Source of the DNA: a virus
Strand: one strand, 5' to 3'
Virus record (IMG/VR): IMGVR_UViG_3300003323_001187
Length of the DNA: 64,000 nt
Shown: positions 43,601 through 52,678 of the stretch, piece by piece
Numbering within the stretch: position 1 is the first letter of the stretch
Layout of the letters: the number at the start of each line of letters is the position of its first letter
The notes under the pieces: model-generated
The model's input: the letters and a program-made list of their open reading frames with translations, nothing else
Told to the model about the DNA's origin: nothing
The model's database searches: none
Position numbers and translations under genes: made by a program

Positions 43601-46600
43601 TTCAGAGGCTGTTTCTGACGTTAACAAAGCGGAAAATGCCACGGCAAATGTCATCAACAAAATGGAGCACGTTGAAGCTGTTGACAAGAAAATTGACAAA
43701 GAACCAGAGCCATCGCTCAAAGGAGAGGTTGTGAATAGTCCTGCAGTTATAGATAAAAGCAAGGTTGACATTCAATCGGATGAGACGGGAGAAACTGAGT
43801 ACAAAATAGATGACAAGTTCTACAGCGAGCCTGAGATCTCAAAAATGTTGGATGATGACAAATTCATTGAAGATGTAAACAATGGTTCGGTAGCTCTTTC
43901 TGTCAAGAATCCTTCTCCAGAAATACAAGAAAAAATTTCTCCTACACCAAAGGTTCAAGACTTTGAAGGTATACAGGAAAAAACTGAAGGTCCGGGTACA
44001 AAAACTGAAGAAAAATCTTCTCCTGGGACTGCACAACAGACCGTTGATAATACTGACAGTATGGTCGAGAACATGACACAGCAACAGTTTGATGATTCGG
44101 CTGGTAGAACAGACCATGAGATAATTCAACAGGCCAATGATTTGGACGACGGGAAGACTTCTTCTCCAGAAAAGAAAGCTGATGAAATGATTCGGAAGGC
44201 GCTTGACTCGTTGCCAGAAGGACAGGCTCCATCATCAAATCAAGCAGTTTTTGATGCTGTAGTAGAAAAGGCCAAAGAAATAAGCCGGGATACCGGCTTA
44301 AAAGGTAAGAAGCTCATGGCTGAGCTGTCTTCTCAGATAGAGTCGTATTTTGACAACAAAATAACCAAAGATGATATTGCTGATTTTCAAAAAGAAATTC
44401 TGGATAAAATTCCGAAGGAAGTAAAAGTTTCTGGAAATTCAGTAGAAACACTTACTAAGGATAAGTTCTCTGCTGTATCAAAAGCAATTCGGGACAAGAA
44501 GTTCACTTCTTCTATGTCTGATGCAATGAGTCAGCTCAAAAGCTCTCCTATAGGCGTGGTTACTGGTGTTATTGACGGAGCTATGGAGGCAGTTGCAACA
44601 ACAATTGATCAGGCCGGAACAGTAGCACAAGCGATAGACAATGGCATCAAGGTTATTAAGGATTCTGATTGGTACAAAAATCTGTCTGATAACGGAAAGG
44701 GTGCCGCAGAAGCGTTATTCAAAAAGAATGTAAGGGGCCAAATTGACAATAGTCTGAAAGCATCTAATACGGATGCTGCTCTTCAAGAAATAATTGATTC
44801 AATATCTGTTGACGGTAAATCCATATCTATAGATCATGCTAAAACCTTCGATCTGATCAAACAAAAGGCAATAGACATTTATGAATCGACCGGTCTTCGT
44901 GATATGAAGTTGATTGACGAGCTTGTTAAACAGTTGGACGAGCAGTTTAATGGTAAAATTGATAAGGATGACATTCTTTATTTCAGAAAAGAAATACTTT
45001 CGGCCATCCCATTTGGAATAAAAGACAGGTCAGCGCGAAAGAAACCAAGTAAAACAAATAGTAATGCCGAAAATAAATCAGAGAGAGGGTTTGCTAAGAA
45101 AATACTGGACTCGACCAATATTAGAGATGAAATAAAAGAAGGTTTATCTGAAGAATCAAGATCATATATTCCTGTTTCCAATAATGTTACTATTGAGGAA
45201 GCTGACGCCATAATTGAATCTATTGGCCAAGAAAAGGCGATGATGGATGTTCTTAATTTCAATAACAATATGGAGCCTCGAACCAGAATAACAATGGGTA
45301 TGAGGCTTATTGAATCCATGAATAATTCTTCATCAGATGAAGATAATCAAAACGCCGTAGAGATTGCTGATCAGCTTTCTCAATATGCAACGCAGCTTGG
45401 TCAGGGTGTTCAGGCTTTTTCTATTTGGTCAAGGCTATCTCCAGATAATATTGAAAAATCTTACAACAACAAAATCAAAAAGGAAGGATCGAAATTCAAG
45501 CGTAAAAATCCGAACTTATTTACTGGTACAAAAGAGGGGTATGACGCTGGGACAGGGAAGGCTGCTAAGAAAGCCACAAAAAAAGTACTTGATAGCAAAA
45601 TCGATCAGTCCAAAAAAATAAAAGCTTTTGGATTGGATAAAGATCAAATTGAACAACGTAAAAAAGATGCTCTTGCTAAAATACGAAAAGCCGGGAAAGG
45701 AGGTCCGTTAACATCTGGTGGAATAAATCCTGAATTGTTGGAAGGCCTTGGAGAGTATGGCTTTGCTTTATTCGCTGATGGGGTTCGCACATTCAAAGAA
45801 TGGTCCATAAGAATGAGGTACGATACTGGGATCTATGATGATGATTTACTCAGATCTATATGGATGGACCCGTCTAAAACGCCGGCTGGTAAATCCATGA
45901 ATGATCTTGCAAAATCGGCCTCAATTGAAGACGTTGTTTCGGATTTTTTCGTAAAAAAATACGATTCAAAAAAGCTTTCAAAGAAGCTTCAGGAAACATT
46001 TGATTTAGATAAAAAAACGGCTGATGATTTGGCCAATGAAATATCTCAAGAATTTGATAGGATTGTCAAAGAGGAGAGGAAGGCTGAAATAAAAAAACGA
46101 ACCCCAAGGCTAACAAAAAAGGCACAAAAAGCTATTGATGATATTGCCGGAAAGGACTTTATGACGAAGGAAGAGATTGAAGATAAAATTCTTCATGCCT
46201 TTGGCCTTGGAAATATGTCAGTTGAAACAGCTGCAAAACTAAGGGATCTTGCTCAAGAAAGAAACAAACGTCCTGAAGGAATGCTTAGGGATGAAGTTAC
46301 TCATGAAATATTAAAAACAATAGCAAAAGAGCAAGGTGTTAAGGCTGGAGATGTTTTTTGGGCTGTGTGGTACTCGAGTGTTCTTTCTGGTTACGAGACA
46401 CAGATACTTAACATTGCCTCCAATGTGATGAATATTGCAATGGAAGGACTCGTAACAACGATTGATACAGCTATATTAAAGGGTGATCCGAGGGCTATAG
46501 CATCATCTATTTCCGGTCTTGTAAATGGCATGAAGCAAGGATGGAGAGAATTTGAAGATGTACTTTCAAAAGGATACTCAGCCGAAAGGCTTCGAACCAA

Positions 46601-48188
46601 ATTGGAGATCGATGACACGCTTGAACTTGACTTGAGTAACACGAAAATTGGTAATAAATCGTTTAATGCAAATCCATTAAAGTTTTATAAATATGTAGGC
46701 AGATTTATGTCTGCGGTTGATACTGCTGCCTACCTAGCAGCGAAGGGTGCAAGAAAACAACAGGTCGCAAGAGAAATAGCAAAAGAGGAAGGCTTGAGTG
46801 GTGAGGAGCTGCGTCAAAGAGTTTCTGATTTATTAAATGACACAAAGCAGGCTGAATACGAGGCAGTAATGCGAGCTGGAGAAGAGATAAGTCAAATTGA
46901 CCCAAAATACTTTAGGAGAATGTCTAACAGGTCATTGAGAAGAACAATAAATATCCGGGCCGATGAAATCATATCTTCCAAGATTGATGAGCGTGTTCTC
47001 CAAGAAGCGCATAATTTCGCTGAATTTGTCACTTACAGATATGACCCACAAGGTGTACTTGGATGGGCAGCAAATGGTCTTTCCCAGGCCGGGCAAAAGT
47101 TCAAACCCTTCAAGCTAGTGGTTCCGTTCACTCGTATTGTGGCAAATGTACTGAACCAACAAATAGACTATACTCCATATGGTTTTATGAGAGCATTTGG
47201 GCTAAACGTAAGCCATTGGTCCAGGGCTTTAGATTCCACTGAAGCAAAAGACTCGAGAAGTCGAAGAAGGGAACTTATAAAGGCTACAATAGGAACCTTG
47301 TTAATGGGTGGTCTTTATATGTTGGCAGCATCTTATGCTGATGATGAGGATCCGTGGTTTGATATAACCGGCAAGGGTCCATCTGATTTCAATAAACGAA
47401 ATCAACTATTGTCTCAAGGATGGAAACCATATCATATTAAAGTTGGGAGCACTTGGATGAACTATCAGAGCAGCCCATTGGGTGTTGCACTATCATTTAT
47501 TGGAAACTGGCGAGACAATGAAAAGTACAAGGAGCTTGCAGAGAAGGAATGGATGACAAAATCTGCCTATGCACTTCAGTCGTCTGCCTCTGGAATCATG
47601 GACATGTCTTTTCTTACTGGTCTTTCTGGATTGATGGCCGGACTTTCCTCTGCATCAAACCCAGAGAACATTCAGGACCGATTGGTTAAAGCGACGGCTT
47701 CAACGGCAACATCATTAATTCCAAACCTCTTCAAACAGGCTGACAGGCTATACGATCCTACTGTGTATGATTCAAAAACAGTTTCTGCGGTTCTATTAAA
47801 GGATGTACCAATAATTAGACGTTACTCTGGATTGAGACCAACCCTTAATGCTTTTGGCCAGCCTGTTGAAAAAATGGGAAATAGATTTTTTACAGTTGAG
47901 AACCCGGATCCTGTTTGGCAATTTATGGCTAAAAATCGTGTTTTTGCGCCAGGAATTAGTCAGGATGTTAAGTTGCCAGACGGTACTTTAATGGACGATG
48001 ATCAAGTGTATGATTATGTTAAGCAGTCTGGAAAAATGGTTTATGATGAACTTAAAACAAATAGAGATTATTATGAATCATTGTTTTCTGGTTTAGACAC
48101 TGAACAAAAGCAAAAAATAATACAGCGATTATTCAGAAATGCCAGAAAAGCAGCCAAGGGGGCTATTTTTCTCAAAACATTGGAGTAG
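40674..48188 (+). CDS. giant virion protein (2504 aa), ejection/tape-measure-like
   Basis: Uninterrupted ORF. N-terminal RRVPPPPPS x2, long helical low-complexity middle with an internal about 62-aa duplication, and a C-terminal third with hydrophobic segments. Confidence 0.75.
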   Translation: MPGEDNGKRRVPPPPPSAAVTSVGTERRVPPPPPSSDVKKKDLSSQGSSTGLPPSQNTGQADQGSGTSVKIYHYKEKPENEYAIINNQWQRRKKGTTQWEVIHSPSAVSALNARHKKSVPVPASQAQLNMQQGLDLLQNSGKGIGTEEVQPLSGRGEYVSGEYVPSVQSILSPGKNQPYVSQMDIQNATDFAQNRKSDLQAAKEQELQYAQTPEQVAQVEQRYSSLISDQDRRIETAQLVPDTNKDILRAAPAPPQPGKLSIKKNPDPYVPKPRTVEDLASSNIIESQPSETFDPKAMDGPGVVNGPWFTFGAGTDAPSMPNEIVNPWDDPKSRDQINQYAEFSGRDLDEWRKVYGGGLSDEQFDELKKIQFDMRNVAYDLKMPETERAQKLQQMHSQIEDFLDQSKYINQKYYRANIEGKSLEDVLYEDKKEKGGKLIDDSNKFLYELVGSESAEVEKEVFDAENNMRDFLDDYYGVGQGTFRKDPETGNLVLEGFKSKEDEEYFNKKYNELYGAIKTAKGKRFEAINNTLVDLYGKKKRFETLLKNADEGDAAYIADQLKGINDNIKDLNNTKRGVLLTEPKELVKEITPYATDSFRASFSGLPKNLTPKQKFDIAYSQLYDRTMELKQKNGIAEDIPDEIGESLRDWLDWESLSVNLSPEEKEFYSNMKILSSLRPLYTNNDIGIMDENQGFWESFIGAATKSLFDETAVSSISEREKAAIQRQYLPKMGVSEGDLTDPKTIQKLEELGKEPDLASLEFAGNTVGVTAPLIADLLISKKISSSALSLLSKESSIASAVRTYDKTINSTRLGRYLKEPLEDAANAEIAGHLFGQEEELNFESFLLGGVGSKLIGSTIKKMGGEKALQYVASVFGDNADRAAKTFEKIGKSLSRGTAEVGEESIQELTQIYNDELRDRGFWDEVQNRFGNMDDISKFVVSSFVMGSAFGMVESNTAKQEYEKMPEEKRAIVDAIVSEAVSDVNKAENATANVINKMEHVEAVDKKIDKEPEPSLKGEVVNSPAVIDKSKVDIQSDETGETEYKIDDKFYSEPEISKMLDDDKFIEDVNNGSVALSVKNPSPEIQEKISPTPKVQDFEGIQEKTEGPGTKTEEKSSPGTAQQTVDNTDSMVENMTQQQFDDSAGRTDHEIIQQANDLDDGKTSSPEKKADEMIRKALDSLPEGQAPSSNQAVFDAVVEKAKEISRDTGLKGKKLMAELSSQIESYFDNKITKDDIADFQKEILDKIPKEVKVSGNSVETLTKDKFSAVSKAIRDKKFTSSMSDAMSQLKSSPIGVVTGVIDGAMEAVATTIDQAGTVAQAIDNGIKVIKDSDWYKNLSDNGKGAAEALFKKNVRGQIDNSLKASNTDAALQEIIDSISVDGKSISIDHAKTFDLIKQKAIDIYESTGLRDMKLIDELVKQLDEQFNGKIDKDDILYFRKEILSAIPFGIKDRSARKKPSKTNSNAENKSERGFAKKILDSTNIRDEIKEGLSEESRSYIPVSNNVTIEEADAIIESIGQEKAMMDVLNFNNNMEPRTRITMGMRLIESMNNSSSDEDNQNAVEIADQLSQYATQLGQGVQAFSIWSRLSPDNIEKSYNNKIKKEGSKFKRKNPNLFTGTKEGYDAGTGKAAKKATKKVLDSKIDQSKKIKAFGLDKDQIEQRKKDALAKIRKAGKGGPLTSGGINPELLEGLGEYGFALFADGVRTFKEWSIRMRYDTGIYDDDLLRSIWMDPSKTPAGKSMNDLAKSASIEDVVSDFFVKKYDSKKLSKKLQETFDLDKKTADDLANEISQEFDRIVKEERKAEIKKRTPRLTKKAQKAIDDIAGKDFMTKEEIEDKILHAFGLGNMSVETAAKLRDLAQERNKRPEGMLRDEVTHEILKTIAKEQGVKAGDVFWAVWYSSVLSGYETQILNIASNVMNIAMEGLVTTIDTAILKGDPRAIASSISGLVNGMKQGWREFEDVLSKGYSAERLRTKLEIDDTLELDLSNTKIGNKSFNANPLKFYKYVGRFMSAVDTAAYLAAKGARKQQVAREIAKEEGLSGEELRQRVSDLLNDTKQAEYEAVMRAGEEISQIDPKYFRRMSNRSLRRTINIRADEIISSKIDERVLQEAHNFAEFVTYRYDPQGVLGWAANGLSQAGQKFKPFKLVVPFTRIVANVLNQQIDYTPYGFMRAFGLNVSHWSRALDSTEAKDSRSRRRELIKATIGTLLMGGLYMLAASYADDEDPWFDITGKGPSDFNKRNQLLSQGWKPYHIKVGSTWMNYQSSPLGVALSFIGNWRDNEKYKELAEKEWMTKSAYALQSSASGIMDMSFLTGLSGLMAGLSSASNPENIQDRLVKATASTATSLIPNLFKQADRLYDPTVYDSKTVSAVLLKDVPIIRRYSGLRPTLNAFGQPVEKMGNRFFTVENPDPVWQFMAKNRVFAPGISQDVKLPDGTLMDDDQVYDYVKQSGKMVYDELKTNRDYYESLFSGLDTEQKQKIIQRLFRNARKAAKGAIFLKTLE

Positions 48189-48201
48189 GAATGAATTTAA
48201 T

Positions 48202-48209
48202 TATATTTG
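48202..48209 (+). promoter_or_regulatory. candidate -7 box TATATTTG abutting the ATG (leaderless arrangement)
   Basis: TATATTTGAACCATG has the same geometry as promoter A. Confidence 0.4.
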
Positions 48210-48213
48210 AACC

Positions 48214-48759
48214 ATGGCTGAAGTAAACTTGAAAATAAAAGTTGAGGCCGGAAAAGACTTCTTCCATGTCTTTGATAAGACTGGAGAATATGAAAAGAAG
48301 AATAATGAACATGGGTGGAATGGTCCAAACGACAAGCTGGCAACAGTTTCAAATTGCGTTATAAGGATCTATCTGCCAAAAAAGGATGACTATACCGAAG
48401 TAGTTGTTTTCCCAAACCTCCCAAGAGTGGATCGCGTTGGATTTGAAATAATCCCTCGTGACATCTTCATGGAATCATTTCCACCAGGAATTTATCGTTT
48501 TGAATACGTGGTTTCGTTTTACGACGGCAGGTCCATTGCTGAATCTGCTTTCGTTTTTCACACTGAACCATTGTGCTGCTGCATTTCAAAAAAGAAGCTT
48601 AAAACAAACCTTTTTGATCCTTCTTCGGAGGAAGCTCAAAATGTCATCATTATGGAAACACTTTTACATAATGCAATGTGGGCTTCATGTGCAGGCGACA
48701 TGGAATCTGCACAGGAAATTTGTGACTTGATATGGACTAAATGCGGCTGTTGCTGCTAA
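48214..48759 (+). CDS. fibre-module protein with C-terminal Cys cluster
   Basis: 181 aa; ends WTKCGCCC, with an internal LCCC. Confidence 0.6.
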   Translation: MAEVNLKIKVEAGKDFFHVFDKTGEYEKKNNEHGWNGPNDKLATVSNCVIRIYLPKKDDYTEVVVFPNLPRVDRVGFEIIPRDIFMESFPPGIYRFEYVVSFYDGRSIAESAFVFHTEPLCCCISKKKLKTNLFDPSSEEAQNVIIMETLLHNAMWASCAGDMESAQEICDLIWTKCGCCC

Positions 48760-48771
48760 AAAACAACAAAT

Positions 48772-49254
48772 ATGTGCGATAAAGAATGCTGCGGCAAATG
48801 CCAAGTAACAGTGGTTACAAAATGCGGAGAGAGAGGTCCTCAAGGCCCTCCGGGACCTCAAGGTCCAACAGGTGCTACAGGTCCGATGGGCCCTCAAGGT
48901 CCACAGGGGCCGGAAGGGATCGGCGCTATTCAATGGCAAACACTGCCTTTGATTAATGGGTGGACATCCGCCAGCGGTTTTCCGGCCCAGTATGCAGTTA
49001 TTTATGGAGGGTCTCCATCCGTCAGGAAGTTCATTGCCTTGAGAGGTGTAATTGAGCAACTCGATCTTGCAACGAATGGCGTCATTTTCAATACGTCATT
49101 GAACATCGGAAGAAACTTCCTGTCTGCTGCATGGGATCCAATGAACCAGCAAATGAATGCCTTCATTAACAGTTCCGGAACCAACCTTACCTACACTTCT
49201 ACACACAATTCATTAAGATGTTCACTGGACTCCGTGCCTTTGATCTCAATCTAA
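48772..49254 (+). CDS. collagen-like repeat protein
   Basis: 160 aa; [12 protein letters not shown]-terminus, then about 10 G-X-Y triplets ([31 protein letters not shown]). Confidence 0.75.
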   Translation: MCDKECCGKCQVTVVTKCGERGPQGPPGPQGPTGATGPMGPQGPQGPEGIGAIQWQTLPLINGWTSASGFPAQYAVIYGGSPSVRKFIALRGVIEQLDLATNGVIFNTSLNIGRNFLSAAWDPMNQQMNAFINSSGTNLTYTSTHNSLRCSLDSVPLISI

Positions 49255-49267
49255 AAAAAACAAAGCC

Positions 49268-50158
49268 ATGTGTCAAAACAAAAATTGCGGTGGTTGTGAA
49301 TCCTGCTTCCCAGGTGTACATATCCCGGCTGGTCCACAAGGCCCTAGAGGTTTGACTGGCCCGAAAGGCGACAAAGGAGATCGAGGCGATACTGGACCAC
49401 AAGGTCCTATCGGGCTTACCGGTCCTCCTGGCGAAAACGGTACAAACGGTACAAATGGTACAAACGGATCAACGGGACCACAAGGTCCTGCTGGGGCTAC
49501 TGGCCCTCAAGGACCGATTGGTGCTACCGGCGCAACTGGCCCTGCTGGGGCTGCTGGAAGTAAGGTCTATTTTGGTAGTGGTGATCCGGCCCCTGGTCTT
49601 GGGGCCAATGGAGACGTTTACTACGATACAACGTCGAGTTATCCAATGATCAAGATCTTCTCCAAGGTTTCAGGTTCATGGGTGTATCAGGGCACTTTTG
49701 GTAACGTGATAAACCCTTCAGCCCTGGCAGACAACAGCAAGACGTTTATTGCTGAGAAATCTTCTGCTCAGAACATTCCGTCTACGCCTATTCAGATGTA
49801 CTACGATACAAACCTAACTGCAGAGGAGGGTGTGTCTGACTATTGGAACGGTATCCAGTATTTTGCTTTGCAGACGATACCAGAGCACATAAACTTCGTT
49901 CTTGAAGGAAACGTGTTTGAAGACTTTTCGACTGGATCTGAAATCAATGTAAAAATCCTGAGAGACACACCTTCAACAACTGGAGAAGTACTGGCGAGCC
50001 ATACGGTGAATGTTTCAGCGATGTCGACCCTCGAGCTCGAATACATGGAGACGGGTCCGGTTACAGTTACTGCTTCAGACCTTATCTATGTGACCATGGA
50101 TACGTTGGGGAGCGCTAAACACAATTCTGGCAAATTCTTCACTATCATAGTTTTGTAA
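49268..50158 (+). CDS. collagen-like repeat fibre protein
   Basis: 296 aa; [14 protein letters not shown]-terminus, about 25 G-X-Y triplets including GTNGTNGTN, and a globular C-domain. Confidence 0.75.
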   Translation: MCQNKNCGGCESCFPGVHIPAGPQGPRGLTGPKGDKGDRGDTGPQGPIGLTGPPGENGTNGTNGTNGSTGPQGPAGATGPQGPIGATGATGPAGAAGSKVYFGSGDPAPGLGANGDVYYDTTSSYPMIKIFSKVSGSWVYQGTFGNVINPSALADNSKTFIAEKSSAQNIPSTPIQMYYDTNLTAEEGVSDYWNGIQYFALQTIPEHINFVLEGNVFEDFSTGSEINVKILRDTPSTTGEVLASHTVNVSAMSTLELEYMETGPVTVTASDLIYVTMDTLGSAKHNSGKFFTIIVL

Positions 50159-50526
50159 TGGCAGCATCAGGCAACATATACGAATTCTCCGCTTGGGCTA
50201 AGATACAGAGCTCAAAAATGGCATTGAAGTATGTTAAAGGTATCAATGTTGGCAAAAACATGGATCACCTTAAAGACAAGTTGCTTTTGCTTGAAAGCTA
50301 CATAAAGCTTTTTGACCAGTATCAGTTTGCTGGGTGCTCTGACTTTGTGTTTAAGGGAAAAAAACACTTAAACTGTGATGAAGTTATTCTCTCAAAGAAA
50401 AATTCTCTATTTTTGGGATCAGAAGAAAGGAAGACGAAGATAAGCTCAGACTACCTTAATTGTGTAAGCATCAAGGATCTGTGCGTACTGGCCAAGAAGA
50501 TTCAGGCCGCTTGTGCAACTTGTTAA
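50158..50526 (+). CDS. hypothetical protein (fibre module)
   Basis: 122 aa; ATGA overlap with the previous gene; ends AACATC. Confidence 0.55.
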   Translation: MAASGNIYEFSAWAKIQSSKMALKYVKGINVGKNMDHLKDKLLLLESYIKLFDQYQFAGCSDFVFKGKKHLNCDEVILSKKNSLFLGSEERKTKISSDYLNCVSIKDLCVLAKKIQAACATC

Positions 50527-50537
50527 AACACAAAGCA

Positions 50538-51221
50538 ATGTCACTTTCTTACGATCCAAATTCCATATACAACAAGTATTCTTCTGGTTGCGAACAGTGC
50601 GGAGGCAATTCCAATGAATGCGGATGTCAAAAATCAGAATGCAGCTGTTGCCCAGTGGGTACAGTCGCTGTGTATGACTGCAATGGCAGCCATGTAGGCT
50701 GCCTTACTCCGAACGATGCTGAGAAATTCAAAAACTCTCAAATTGTGCCTCCTGAAGGGTATGTAAAGGTATTCCATCCTACAACAGGTGATTACCTTGG
50801 TAACATGACGCCTGCGCAAGCCATAGAGCTTCTGAACTTCTTGAATGGTGACGGTGTTATAGTGGTTCCTGAAATCACGTTCACTGTCACTGCCCCGATA
50901 CCATCCCCAAGTGGTTATACAGAACTTATGGCCCTCGTCAGCGATGACGATTCTCCAGAAGTGACGATTGAGATCCTTCGATCAAATATGACGGAAGCAA
51001 TAGCTGCCAACATTACTGGAACCTCAGAGGCCATCAATTTTGTAAAAGATGGTAATGAATATCCTGTAGGTGAAGGATTGTACATCAATTCAAACGAGGA
51101 TTCACTTACCATCTCGTTTACCTGGGGCAATGCTGTGATGGCCGGGACACATTTCTTCAATGTGACACTCACTTCTTCAACAACTACGCGTGTGGTACCA
51201 TTCGCGCTAATTCTTTCATAA
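50538..51221 (+). CDS. Cys-rich N-terminus fibre-module protein
   Basis: ATG at 50538; CEQCGGNSNECGCQKSECSCCPVG near the N-terminus. Confidence 0.6.
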   Translation: MSLSYDPNSIYNKYSSGCEQCGGNSNECGCQKSECSCCPVGTVAVYDCNGSHVGCLTPNDAEKFKNSQIVPPEGYVKVFHPTTGDYLGNMTPAQAIELLNFLNGDGVIVVPEITFTVTAPIPSPSGYTELMALVSDDDSPEVTIEILRSNMTEAIAANITGTSEAINFVKDGNEYPVGEGLYINSNEDSLTISFTWGNAVMAGTHFFNVTLTSSTTTRVVPFALILS

Positions 51222-51222
51222 C

Positions 51223-52038
51223 ATGAGCGTTCCTAACATCCCATTTAAACATCGAAACGAGGTCCCGACACCTTCAACAGGTCAGTTCATCTTGTTTTAC
51301 GATGTAGACAACAGCAATGTTCTTACAGCGAAGTACGATTGCTGCAACTTTTATGTTCTTGGGGACTTCCCTTCACTCAATACTCAGGTTTTGGATGATG
51401 CTTTGACAAACATTGTTCAAAAAATGATCAATGATGCAGGATGTGCCTTGACCAAGGCAACAATCACTGCATCTGAGTATGAGTCGATCACTGAGAACCT
51501 GAATATGTATTCCACTGTGACGGTTGACCCATCAACAGGTAGCTTTACGCATGGCATCACTACATTTCCGGTTCTTTTCATTCAGTTCTCGAAGACAGAC
51601 ACCCTTGGATACGGAGGAAATGACGGAACGGCTTCTGCGATCGTCAGTGGTGGAACTTCTCCTTATTCCCTGACATGGACCACATCTACAGGTTCGCCAG
51701 CGGACAATTCTGCATTATCGGCTGGATCATACAAACTCACTGTTGTAGACGCCAATGGCGTCACCAAGGTATACTCTTTTGTCATCACTCAACCACCCGC
51801 TCTTTCACTGACCTTAAACACCCAAAATCAGACCTCACCCGGAGCAAACAATGGCATTGCTTCTGCTGTCGTTTCTGGCGGTGTTCCTCCGTATGCCTAT
51901 GTATGGAACAATAACATGGGTACACCGATCGGACAAACAACTCAGACCGCTACATCTCTTTCGGCGGGAACATATCAGGTAATTGTAACCGATGCCAACG
52001 GGTATGAAGTATCCGATTTGAGCGTTGTAATATCGTAA
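51223..52038 (+). CDS. tail fibre/adhesin-like protein with two SprB-type repeats
   Basis: C-terminal half reads GGNDGTASAIVSGGTSPYSLTW...LSAGSYKLTVVDANG and GANNGIASAVVSGGVPPYAYVW...LSAGTYQVIVTDANG. Confidence 0.7.
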   Translation: MSVPNIPFKHRNEVPTPSTGQFILFYDVDNSNVLTAKYDCCNFYVLGDFPSLNTQVLDDALTNIVQKMINDAGCALTKATITASEYESITENLNMYSTVTVDPSTGSFTHGITTFPVLFIQFSKTDTLGYGGNDGTASAIVSGGTSPYSLTWTTSTGSPADNSALSAGSYKLTVVDANGVTKVYSFVITQPPALSLTLNTQNQTSPGANNGIASAVVSGGVPPYAYVWNNNMGTPIGQTTQTATSLSAGTYQVIVTDANGYEVSDLSVVIS

Positions 52039-52042
52039 AGAC

Positions 52043-52675
52043 ATGTCAGCACAGATAGGACAAAAATTCGAAATACAGCTGTCGGGAAGTTCGATTGCTT
52101 ACCGGGAGTACACAACCGGCGGTACTGCGCAATACAACTACTATCCGTTGTCTCATGTGAAATGTGTTGAATCTGTGGTCCAGATTGGATATGGAACAAG
52201 AGACACTACGACAAATCAGCGAAAGCATCGTGTTTTTCAAAACGATCTTCTCAGGATAACGATCAGCTTTGTGGATGACACAAAGCCCCTTTCTTTTGAT
52301 ATTCAGAATGTAATTGGCAGACCTTCATGGTCAGCGAACGCAGCAGGAGTAGCAACGGCTCTTGCTGAGATCAACTCATGGATATCCGGCCAGGGATCAT
52401 CAGGCACGAATTCATTGATACAGGAGTTGGTGGATCAGGGGAATGGCGTTATCGACACACAGTTTTCATCTCCTGTTCTTCCGTACACTGTACCGGCAGG
52501 GGTGAATTCTTACACAATCGTAACCCAGGGGTCTGTTGCTGTTGATGGCATTACTGTACCTGCAGGTTCACAGTTCTCGAATTCTCACCCTTCACAGGAC
52601 GGTACGGTGTTGAGCCCTGATTTTACAGATGTATCTGGAGGATCAATTTTTGTAACACTCGGAATTAAACAATAA
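52043..52675 (+). CDS. tail-associated hypothetical protein
   Basis: 210-aa ORF. Confidence 0.6.
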   Translation: MSAQIGQKFEIQLSGSSIAYREYTTGGTAQYNYYPLSHVKCVESVVQIGYGTRDTTTNQRKHRVFQNDLLRITISFVDDTKPLSFDIQNVIGRPSWSANAAGVATALAEINSWISGQGSSGTNSLIQELVDQGNGVIDTQFSSPVLPYTVPAGVNSYTIVTQGSVAVDGITVPAGSQFSNSHPSQDGTVLSPDFTDVSGGSIFVTLGIKQ

Positions 52676-52678
52676 AAA

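Noticed and set aside
40674-48188. Giant protein as a virion-packaged RNA polymerase (as in crAss-like or N4-like phages).
   Set aside because: I could not find DxDGD-type or T7-like catalytic motifs by eye. The composition is helical and low-complexity with hydrophobic C-terminal segments.
50460-50537. N-terminal extension of the Cys-rich protein overlapping 50158..50526 (possible frameshift fusion).
   Set aside because: The extension starts at a TTG and looks non-coding. A proper ATG at 50538 follows the upstream stop by 12 nt.
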